A DNA stretch of 64,000 nt from Eimeria praecox (lineage: Eukaryota). The position numbers and the translations under genes are program-made. The DNA lies in assembly GCA_963920595.1 (NCBI GenBank), contig OY986948.1, positions 5,456,001 through 5,520,000 of the forward strand, in the 5' to 3' direction. The notes below the pieces were generated by a model, which was not told where the DNA came from, ran no database searches, and was given only the letters and a program-made list of their open reading frames with translations. Positions within the stretch are counted from its first letter, which is position 1. The number at the start of each line of letters is the position of its first letter. Of the stretch, positions 14,601-26,000 are shown piece after piece.

Positions 14601-16193
14601 AATTCCTTAGTGACCATATGGGTGCTATTATATTCCAGCCTACCTGCGAGCATGCATGCACGTGAATATGGACCGGTGATCATTGTGGCTGTATTTGCTT
14701 GCGGTAGTTCTGCGGAGGACGCGAACAGCGATGGATGGGCCGCTTCCGATAAGGCGGCGAAAACGAGCTCTGTAAACCCTGATGGCGCTTCCATGAAGGC
14801 GCGCGAAGTTAGCGGCTCGTGGTGGAGATGTTGGCTAACAGAGAAGAGAATGGACCTCGTAGTGCACATGGGTGTTGTTTCCGCAGCGACATTAGCAATG
14901 CTCCTTGTGTGTGTGGATGAATGCGCTGTTGTTATGCTTTGGGACAAGCCTTGTAGAGAGACAAGGTATTTCTAGTACCTTTCTGTCAGCTTTGGAGGCA
15001 GGCGTGATACAGCGCAAACTAGTTCACGTGCGTGGTACAGCTTCGCCGGCTTGAAGAGTTCTTATTCTGGTTGGACTTCAAAAGGTACGCGGTTCGACAA
15101 TGACGGGCCATGCAACAAGCTGCATCATCTTGCATTGGTATTTGGCTTTAGATTGATTTGCCTACGCTGGTTGAAATTCGCTGCGTGTGCTAATAGGGCT
15201 ATACATCAAGTTAGGCGGAGCGCTAAGGGACGTACTTGGGTAAGCATTGTGAAGGCTTGTCGTTCGTATGCGCTCGGCAAGGCGCACCGCGAGACGAGGC
15301 CTTCTCTGGCGTTAGGAGCCCCTGTGAGTTTGCCCAGGATGTACGCGCTTAGTAACGAAGCCAATTCCTTAGTGACCATATGGGTGCTATTATATTCCAG
15401 CCTACCTGCGAGCATGCATGCACGTGAATATGGACCGGTGATCATTGTGGCTGTATTTGCTTGCGGTAGTTCTGCGGAGGACGCGAACAGCGATGGATGG
15501 GCCGCTTCCGATAAGGCGGCGAAAACGAGCTCTGTAAACCCTGATGGCGCTTCCATGAAGGCGCGCGAAGTTAGCGGCTCGTGGTGGAGATGTTGGCTAA
15601 CAGAGAAGAGAATGGACCTCGTAGTGCACATGGGTGTTGTTTCCGCAGCGACATTAGCAATGCTCCTTGTGTGTGTGGATGAATGCGCTGTTGTTATGCT
15701 TTGGGGCAAGCCTTGTAGAGAGACAAGGTATTTCTAGTACCTTTCTGTCAGCTTTGGAGGCAGGCGTGATACAGCGCAAACTAGTTCACGTGCGTGGTAC
15801 AGCTTCGCCGGCTTGAAGAGTTCTTATTCTGGTTGGACTTCAAAAGGTACGCGGTTCGACAATGACGGCCCACGCAACCAGCTGCATCATCTTGCATTGG
15901 TATTTGGCTTTAGATTGATTTGCCTACGCTGGTTGAAATTCGCTGCGTGTGCTAATAGGGCTATACATCAAGTTAGGCGGAGCGCTAAGGGACGTACTTG
16001 GGTAAGCATTGTGAAGGCTTGTCGTTCGTATGCGCTCGGCAAGGCGCACCGCGAGACGAGGCCTTCTCTGGCGTTAGGAGCCCCTGTGATTTTGCCCAGG
16101 ATGTACGCGCTTAGTAACGAAGCCAATTCCTTAGTGACCATATGGGTGCTAATATATTCCAGCCTACCTGCGAGAATGCATGCACATGAATGT
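11622..16193 (+). repeat. Young tandem array of six near-identical 762-bp units (internally deleted monomer)
   Basis: GGACCGGTGATCATT starts at 11622, 12384, 13146, 13908, 14670 and 15432. ORF starts at 12003, 12765, 13527, 14289, 15051 and 15813 give a period of exactly 762. Units differ only by scattered substitutions, with no indels. Confidence 0.97.
11928..12689 (+). other. Stop-to-stop open frame (253 codons) spanning one full 762-bp unit and repeated in following units; probably not a real gene
   Basis: There is only one in-frame stop (TAG) per unit. The ORF-track start is TTG (12003), and the first in-frame ATG at 12291 gives 132 aa. No recognisable domain. The confidence value refers to it being coding. 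Confidence 0.15.
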
Positions 16194-17037
16194 GTGTGAA
16201 CGAACTTGTGTTATGTAGGGTTTTTGTGTGGACAGGCATAAGCGGTGGTTTTGAAATAGCCGCGATCGTCGTTGGGGTTTGCCTTTGCTCTGTGTTCCGG
16301 TACGTAATATGCGTTTGCAAGACAGAAGTTAGCTTTTATGACGATGCCTGTCAATTTGTGGTGAAGGGGTTTAGGGTTTAGTAGTTGTACGATTCAACTA
16401 GCGCTAGTCTGTGTCGAGCGTTTAGCGGTACTGGCTTTTATTTGGGGTATGAAGGGCACAGAAACTGGGTGGCAAAAACGAAAGGGGGACTCGCAGTGCA
16501 GGCAGATGCTCATGGCCTTGGACAATGAGTTACGCCAATTTCTGGGTGGGGTAGGTGGGATAGATGCGATAGGTGAAAGGATCGTTGATTTGTTTATGCA
16601 TCTGCTAGGCGTTTCAAAGTATCGATAGCGCCATGGCATATGTAGCAGATACAAACAGGAAGAGATCTCATGCTCAACTCGTAGCTGATCTCCCCCACGT
16701 ATCTTCCACATGTGCGGTTCTCTTTGCGATTCGACGGGGGCATCCCAAGCAGTCAGATACACCGCTGTGCAGGCGGCATTAAGCTTGACCGTGGTTCGCT
16801 TGCTCTTTTTAGCAATAAGCTCTGTTTGCAGTTAAAGGTATCTGCAGTAATTTGGCGTAGCGCATCGTGCCGTTATCTGGTCCGTGTGCGTGGTAGTGCA
16901 GTGCGGTGTAGTGAAGTCGGCTCTGCTTTTGGCAGAGCGTATATACACACTTGTCAGCTAGATTTGGGGAGATGCGAAGCGGCGAGTAGCTACAAGACTT
17001 TATAGCAAACCATTACCACCTGCAGCAAGTTACTCGC

Positions 17038-17071
17038 ATAGACGCCGGTATGGAAACATACCGGCGTCTAT
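17038..17071. other. Perfect 15-bp inverted repeat with a GAAA loop (hairpin/cruciform potential)
   Basis: ATAGACGCCGGTATG-GAAA-CATACCGGCGTCTAT; the arms are exact reverse complements. Confidence 0.9.
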
Positions 17072-20000
17072 ATTGGAAGCTACCTGAAGATAAGGTTTTC
17101 TGGGTATTTACCCGAATTCGTGTTTGATTTCTAACGGCGCTGGCCGTTTCCATACGCGGTATGTGAGTAGGAGATAACTCTCAGCACTACAGGCCATGCC
17201 AGTGCATTGCTACGGTAAACGTGCACCGCATTGGAATCCGCAACTCACTGTGTAGCTATTGGGTATCACCGAAAAACGCAGAGTGTTTAATGCACATTTC
17301 TGTGACTTGGAGGGATTAATTAAACTGTTTCGTGTGGCGACTAGTTCCAAGTTTTGAATGTGCTGCTGATATTCCTCCGAGCTACGTTTGTTTAGGCAGC
17401 GTATTCATGATATCTGTCCACCAGCATCGGCTGTTAAGATGAAGTTTGTCACTGCAGTTCACGTGTGAGACGTATCTTCTTCGTCGTGAAACTCTTCTGT
17501 GCACGTTGGCATTTCAACGAGATGCGAGCTCATAGGGGCACCCCATGTAGCCACCTGCACGGCTGTGCAGTGGGTATTAGGCTTGGGCTGGTTCACGCGC
17601 CTTGGCTGAAATCAGCTCTTTCTGCCGATAGGAGTATAGACAGTATCTGGCGGAGAGCTGTTAGGCATGCAGGTACACGCATCGTTGGGATATAGAGTTA
17701 GCGCCCCTCGGCTAGGGCAGTGGCGTGCTGGAGCGTTTTCTTGCGCTGCAATCGTGATCTGTTTTACCCAGGAGGTACGCGCATGACTAGCTGAAAGAGT
17801 GGCGGCGATACGCAGCTTTAAGCCGTTCAAATAGTTGGCAACACCGCTAAGGATCCTCCACAACTTATTACCTTTTAGTATTTGCAATGGGATTAGCGGT
17901 TCAGGTTGTCTAGTGCCAATAATGGATCCCCATGCCCATTCTTGCGGAACTGTGATGTTCCGAAGTTCCAACGTCCGGAGCAGTAGATGCTCCTTTAGCT
18001 GCAGCTGCACGAGGTATTGGTTTGTAGTGGGGTGGAGTGCCTCGACACGCGGTATGGGTTTGCGAGACAGGGCCTAACATTACAAGCAATGCCTGTGAAT
18101 TGATGAGGCTGCATGTGTGCAGCCCAAAGCGCGGTAGGAGGACGCAGCGGCTACGCGGTATTTTGCGTTGAAAATTGAGCTGTATTGGCAGTCAAACTGG
18201 TTGCGTATGATGATGCTTATTCTGCAGAAAAGGTGAATGCCTAAGGACGGGCCGCTCCCGTCAGCGTTACTAACCGGATTTATGTAAATCCGCGTGGCGC
18301 TTATACAAACGAAAGCGGAACCCGCACCTAATTGTGTGCTTATTGCGTAACAGGGTTGAAAGAGGAGCTGGCAGCGCAAGAGAGTGCTTCTGCTTTGGTG
18401 CAATCAGTTATGTTGTTTGGTGTTCAGTGTACGCGCAATTTATGAATGTGCTGCTGATGTTCTTCCGGGCTAACTCTTGTTCGGGTATTAGTATTACCGT
18501 GCCAGCAGCATCAGGGTAGAAGGTGATACAGTTCAGTCTAAGTAAAACACCTGACATATCTCTCTCGTGTGAAAATTTCGACATTGTCTTTGGCGTTCCA
18601 ATAAGGAGGGAGTTGATAAGGATGCGCCATGCAGCCAGCTCCACCGCTCTGTAGTTGTTGTTGGAGCGGCGCATGGTTTTTGTGCCTTGGATGATATCAG
18701 CTCAGTCTGCTGATAGGAGTATAAGTAGTATTTGGGGAAGACCTATAAGAGTCCGGCGTAGCAACAACGGTAGAGGTCGCAGTTTGTGTGGAGTCATCCA
18801 GGGGTGCGCTGTAACCACCCTGGCGTGGTGACTACGCGGTTATTTGCCCAGGATGTATGCACTTTGCAGCACAGTCATCTATTCAGCTTTGGCATGTAGG
18901 CACTGTTAATTTGCAGGCTCTCTGGGGGAGGGCACGCAGGCTTGCACGGATGCGTGCAGATACGTTAAGCGTCAGCGTGAGTAGTAGTGGAAGCCCGTTT
19001 TAGTTTAACCATGCTTTCCTTTGTTCGATACTAGGAGGGGAAACGTTGGCAAGCGATGTGCGTCTGCGAGGTGGAGTCCGGCATTACAAGCGATTACACC
19101 AGATTGGCAAGGCGACGCAATAGGTGGTAGGAGGAGGCAACGATGTGCCATGATTTGCGCCGCATGCTTAGTAGCATTGACAGTCATCCCGGCTATGCAT
19201 GATGGCCGCTGCTTGGGGGAGAAGGAGCGAAAAGACGAGCTGATCGCTTCTAGAGGCGCGAGGGACATGATTTACTCAAACTCTCATGGCGCTTGCGAAA
19301 AACAGGGCGGCACCTGCTGCTCGTTGAGTAGTCACTGGGCAGTACAAATGAAGGCGGAACCTCCACTGCATTCGCGTATTTCTGGTTTGACAAGGGTTGT
19401 CACGATACTGAGTCTTCGGAGTCGGTACAATTCATGAATGTGCTGCTCAGTTTCGTTTGAGTACGGTATTTCATGGCAGAGCGCCAGGAACACTCCGATA
19501 CAGCACGCAGACCCAGCCGAGAGGCAGACCCCCTGCTTGCCCACGCATGGGATCTCTCTCGAACAGATTAGGACGTTTTTGAATTCAGTTTTTCTTCTAG
19601 GTGATTCGGTAAGGGCATCTCATGCATCCAGTTGCATCGTTTATCCGTTGGAATTGGGCTATGCGCTGGTTTGCTCGCTCTGGTCAAAATACGCTTTCTG
19701 ATAGGAATGTGTACAGTGTTTGCCGAGCTCTAGGTTGCCAGCGCATATGAGGATTGTCCGGTACGGGAGCGGTGTGAAGAAGCATTGTGTGACGCAAGGA
19801 TCATGCGCTGTTTTCGCCAGAAAGTATGCACATGGGCTCAAATTTTTGGAATTGCAGTGCGAGAAGTGGGGGATCGTTTTGCTTAGGCAGCGCCCATCTC
19901 TGGTATAAACTGGGGCTGGGCACTTCGATACGCAATATACGTATGCGAGACGAAGCCTCGCATTACAACTGGCGTCCGCGAGCTAGCCCCAGGCAGTATA

Positions 20001-23000
20001 TATGCTATCTATGCACACTGCATTAGGCGGCGGAAGGAATCAACGACAACGCGGTCATTTGTGCCGAAAGGTCTAGTAGCATTCATAATCAGCCCTGTTG
20101 TGTTCGACATCGCTATGCTGCGGAGGACGGGTCCAGCGAAGGGTGGGTCGCGTTCGAAAGCGCAGCCAGAACGTGCTGTGTAGATGCGCATGGCATTCCA
20201 ATAAAGCAAGGCCATACTCGTGGCGCATTGTGTAGTGATTGCGTAACACGGGAAAAGGCGGCACCCGTAGTGCAGGCGGGCGGTTCTGGTTTGGCTAGAC
20301 TAGTCCGGCTGTTTTGGCTTCGGAGTAGGCGTACTTTGGGGATATGCCGTTGGTATCGCATAAGCGCAATTTATGAATGCGCCGCTGATATCCTTTCACG
20401 CGGCAGGGTGCGAATTCCACACGCCGGCCAACGCGGGCGGCAAAAGTGGCAGAATTCGCCCTAGTCACATGAGTGATATCTTTTTCGTCGTGAACGGTCT
20501 GCGTCCCGTTGGCCATCCAACAAGACATGATTCGACTACAACATCCCTTCAGCCAAAGGTGCAGTTGGTATAAGGCTTCTGCGCGGTTCGCATCCTCTGG
20601 CCAAAATGAGCCCCGCCTGACGATAAAAGTATGGGCAGTACTTTGCTGGAAGCTCCTGGTTGTGCATCTGCGACTAATGAGGGGTTATGCAGTTTGCCTT
20701 CGCGTTTGCACAAACGCGGTGTGGCTATGTCTTTTCTGGCGTAACGCTAACGCGCTTTTTTGGGCAGAGAGTATGCGCAAAATTAAGTGCATGAGCTTCC
20801 GAGTAGACAAAATTTTACCAGCTCGAATAGTTTATAGCACATCCACAGCGCTCGAAACAAGCCCCCTTTCTTGATGTCACGGTGGTAACCTTAAGGCTTT
20901 ATGCTGCTGGAAGGTATGCCTGACTGTGTATGCGCGCGCTTTCTTATATTTGCTGCCCGAAAAATGTTGAGACTTAGTTTTCCTATGGAGCGTGCGCTCC
21001 TTGGGTATTTACTGGGGCAAGGCATTTCGGTGAGCAATGAGTTTGCGAATCAGAGTCTGATAGCGCGAGGAATGTCAGTGAGCCTTTGAGGTAGCATCAG
21101 TCCAGCGCACGGCGTAGTAGGAGGGAGAAATTGCATGAATATTATCTGTTTTAAACTTGGTATCACTGAATCTACCGGCTTGTGTGTGATGTTAATTGCT
21201 CGGTGAAGGACTGGTATTGCCGTGTAGGGTAGAGGCAGCGGCCAACGCAACCTTTTCAAACATGCATGACCCTTTCACAAAAACACGTGGGAACGGTAAC
21301 TCATTTAGCTCTTTGGTGATACGAAAAAAACGCAGCTATTAATGCAGACTGGTGCTTGTGGTTTGGAAAGGTTAGTTCACCTGGTTTGTTTGGAGTAGCT
21401 GCCCTTTTATGAATGTGCCGCTAATATTCTTTCCACTTAGTTTTCTCGGGGACAGCGTGTTCGTGGCATCTTTCCACCAGAATCCCAGGACAGCGTAATA
21501 CAGCGGACGCTCGTCTGCCTGTGTGATAGATCTTCGTCGCCTCGAAACCTTCAGGTCCTCGTTGGTGTTCCAGGAATATGCAGTGCGAATAGAACGCTCC
21601 ATATAGCCAACTGGAGCTGAATCCGAGCTTAAGCTTCCTTCGCATGCTGCAGCTATAATCTCCTTCGTCTGCCTACAAGAGTATGAGCAGTAGTTCGAAC
21701 TGCTGGTGGGCCTGCACATGTGCGAGCATCAAAAGGCTGTGCAGCTTTTGCTCCATCGTGTTCCGGAGCGGTGTCGTGAACCCTTTTGCGGGTTACCAAT
21801 TGCGCATTATTTTTCCAGAGAGTATGGGCAAAGTATATTATGCCATAATTATAATATAATTAGCTGCATGAATTGCGAGGATGAAAAACCTTTAGCAGTA
21901 AGGGCTAGAATGATCTGAAGCAGGTCTGCATACACCAGAAAATACTCATGCTTTTCGAGGAATCTTATGCCGCAGGCTTTATCGTAGACAGTTCTGTGTG
22001 CGCACATGCGCGGAGATCTATACGCCTGCTGTGAAAAAGAGGGGGTCGCTCTTTTTGCTGTACCATGCTTGCCTTTTGTATCTAATGTGGCAGGGTGTTT
22101 CGATATGGAAGATGCGTTTGCGAAACAAGATCTAAGTTTAAAAAGTATGAGAGTGACAACTGCCGAGAGAGCGGAAGCACGAGCGTGTAGATCCGCATGG
22201 GCTTTGCGCAAAAGAACGCGGTGTGCATAGCTCGTTGTGTAGCTGCGGATTAATAAATAAGAAACAGGCATTCGCAGCGGGGCCAAGCGTTGAGATTAGT
22301 TATGCTGCTTTTCGCTCGCAGTAGTGGCGCCTTTGAAGGCTGCCACAAAACGGTGATACAGCGGGCCTGAGAAAACGCTAGTGCTGCATTTGTTTTGCTT
22401 TGTAAGCCTCTAATTCCCGCTAATCGCCGACCACGAAGGGGTTTGACCAGGATGCAGATGCAGCAAGTTGCTTCGTTCTGCAGGCTCATGCATGCGTTGG
22501 TTTGGCTGCCTGCTCTCAGCCTGCTCCGTTTTTCGGTTGGCATATAGGCATTATTTCGCAACGGATCGGATGGCCGCCATATGTGGCCATCGTGGTGCTA
22601 CATAGTTTGTGCACATGCGTCTAAGGGCGTGCCGTGGCCACGCCTTCACTGGCGGAGCTGTCAGGAACTGTTTTGGGCAGAGAGTACGCACATAATTGGC
22701 TACTCTACTCGGTAGGTTTTAGCAGGTTCAAACGTTTGTGGCGCACCTGCAATGGCCGAAGGAAATTAACCTTGTCGCAGTTACGCCGGCTGCTGCGTTC
22801 CACGCGACCTGATGATACACATGAATGCGCATGAGAACGCACACAGGTTTATGCATTTATCAGTGTGAAATGAAGTAAAGGCCTGGTTCGCTTTAGATGA
22901 GCACGCCTCTGAAACATAATCGGCAAGAGGGTCGGCGCTACGGTATGTACAGGCAATGCTTACGCGTTGATTTGTGTCAAGCGTTTAGCCGCGCTGCCAA

Positions 23001-26000
23001 TCATCCTGACTCTTTAGAATAGTAGCTGCTCTGCGAGGTGGAAATAGCAAGGCGTGGGCCGCATCCCACGTGGCGACCAACGCGAATTGCGTATACCTTC
23101 ATGGCGCCAAAAGCCAAAACAAATGAACGCGCTACCCGTCTTGTCACACGAAATCGTGATATACCGCATCTTATTTCACGTACTGGGTGCATTTCGCTCA
23201 CGTGAAGAGGTTCTATTATCGTTTACGTTCCAGCGAGAAATGACTTGAAAAGAACGACCTAGCCAGCGGCATCGTCTGCATTCGATATAAAGCTTGGGCT
23301 TGGTTTGCAGGCGCTGGTTTAAAGCAGCTCCGGCTGACGATAGGAGCCTACGCAGTATTTTGCAAAGCGTTAGGCAGCATGAATGTGCGAGCACCGTAAG
23401 GCTATATAGTTGGTGTCTGCGCGTCTATGGGAGCGAAGAGACGATGCTTTCTCCGGCAAAACGAACGCTCGCTATTCTGCCCAGGCAGTACGACCTGGGG
23501 GCTTGTGAATAAGTCGGTGATATCCTTTTGACCTAATTGTTTTGCAGGAAGATCTCCTAGCAATATTCAACTTTCTACGTCTTGAAAACTCCTGAATTCA
23601 TTGGAAATCCACACCACGTCCTTTGCATTGGTTTGCAGCTATCGGTTTTCTTGCTCTTGCCCAGCTTGCCCTGAGTAAGCGTGGCTGTGCATACCTTTAC
23701 GAATACAGGCATTTTTAAGCGAGAGGTACGGGTCTTACATGCGTGCATCTTGTCGTGTTATGCAGTTTGTGTGCGTGCTTCTGTAACTGCAGTGCACTGA
23801 ACCACTCTCTGGTATAGCATACGCTTGCTGGGCTGCCCAGGAAGTATGCACTTAGAAGGAAACTCAGCTGCACGATATATGTATGTTCACTGCCACGTTT
23901 CGGGCTGTGTCATGCAGGGCTTGAACGCGCATGTGCATGTGTGCAGATTTGTGGAGCGACTGAATAATTGAACGTCGGGATTTGCAGTCTAGCCAGATGC
24001 GTCGGAATTTGCGAAATCAGCTAACAGGGCGCTATTTACCAAACATGTCGCTGAACTAGGCACCTTGTCAGACGCGTTTGGTAGCACCTCTGCATAAAAA
24101 AAGGCGGGCGGTTAAGTGCAAGCACGATAGAGCACCGCTTGGCTGCATGACATGTTTTTAGCATCGTGAAAACTCCAAGTCCTCGTCGGTGTACAAATAG
24201 TTGAGACTTTCCAATGCTGCCAGGTGTACCGTTTTGGAGCTGTCTGAGAACCCTGGAGCGTGATTATCTTGCCTGGTGAAAAGAACCTGTGCACGCCTGT
24301 ACAATTATACGCAGTATTTGCCTCAGTGCTAGTGAACTTACTTGCACGATGCTCTTGTTTTAATGGGTTTCTATGCCACTGTGTGAGAAAGACCTTTCTA
24401 GTGTTACGATCGCTCGTTGTTCTGACCAGAGCGTATGCACACAATTGGGTCCCGGCTTTGGGCAAACCCCAAGCTACTAGCAGCTAGACCAGTTGATCGC
24501 AAGCTGAAGGGCTCCAAAAAGGTCACACATCCTTGGCGACCTCGCCGCTATAACGTTTCAGGATGTCCGGGAGCAGGAATGTATCTGCAGGAACACGCTT
24601 GCGGATTTGTTGAGTTGCGCCAATAGGAGATGCAAGACGTCGTTTTCCCTTAGCTGTTCCCTTCTTTGGCATTTCTTGGTGCTGGATTGGTGCACCGAGA
24701 CAGTTATAAGACAGAGCCTGACGATGTCAGCAGCTACGTGAGACTGCATATGTGCAGAAATATATGTTGTAGGGGGAAGCTGCGGCTACGCGGTGATTTA
24801 TGTCAAATCTCGAGTTGCACTGATCCGTCGCCGGGCCATGCGGTTGCTGTTTTGTGGAGGTCGGGAATAGCGCATGTACAGAAGCGCGCTTGACCCATCG
24901 CTGAATGTGTGGGCAGCGCAAAAAGCCTGAATTTGTAGTGCAGTGTTGTGGCTGTGTGCAGGCTGTTTCGTGTTCGAAGTAGCTGCATTTTATGAATATG
25001 GCGCTGATGCACTTTCGAGCTAGTCATCGAGCAACAGTGTGTTCTTAGCATCTCCACATAATTACAGCCCACCGCGATACAAGGCCCCCTAGTTGATTGC
25101 CTTGACACATCTGCTTCGTCCTCGAAATTACCGATTGTCCGTAGCATTGCGGCATGCACAAATTCAACAAGGGAGCACTATGCAGCCAGCTGCGTCGTTT
25201 TGCAAGTGTAATCAGGCTTATACCTTGCCCCTCCCTCTTTTGAAATCAGCTCCGTATACCAAGGGGACAATATTTGGTCGGGCTGGAGGGAGCCTGCATG
25301 CGTGAGCACCGTGAGATTGTGCAGTGTTTGGGCATGTGGCCACTGTCGGGTTGTGGAGAAGCGCACTGCTCATTACATTGCGCAGGAGGTACGTACTTGG
25401 GCAATTGCGGCTGTTGTTCCGTTTCAGGGCGTCTAATGGTAGGCAAGGGTTTGCATGCGGCTGCATGCAGAGTTATGGAGTGTGAGGCGACGTAGAATTT
25501 TGTTGTCTACTGGTGAGGCGGTTTTTCATGCTTTGCCATGGGCTTGCGAGACAGCGTTTGACACTACAAACGACCCCACTGAATTGCTGAGAGCCTATAT
25601 GAGCCGCGGCACACATACACAACATAGTAGGGAGCCCGCAGCTCACTCTGTAGCTATTGGTTGGCACCAGCGAACGACGCGCAAAGGCAGAGAGATATAC
25701 CCTCCTCCACGGAGATGCTGAATGCTATTTTTCGTTCGGAGTAAACGGAATGCAAGGATCTATCACTGATACGTGTCCCAGCTAGTCATCCGGAGGCAGG
25801 GTGCTCGGTGTTCGAGCATCCCTCGATAACATCACTGGTGGAGGTAATGGAGGTAGTTTCTGTTGGTCGCGCAATAAGAAAACCCTCGACAAAGACGTCT
25901 CATGCAGAAAGCTGCACCAAGTTGCAGTTGTTATTGGGCTTCCCCTTTGTCCGTTCGCCGCAGTTGAAAGCAGCTCCTTCCACTGATAGAAGTGCAGGCA

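Noticed and set aside
16367..16381. GGGTTTAGGGTTTAG as telomeric repeat
   Set aside because: Only about two units. It is explained by a 7-bp doubling of the AAGGGTTTAGTAG word found in other monomers (e.g. 2403).
22569..22591. GATGGCC..GGCCATC quasi-palindrome
   Set aside because: The arms are only 7 bp, which is expected by chance in 64 kb, and it is not conserved in other monomers.
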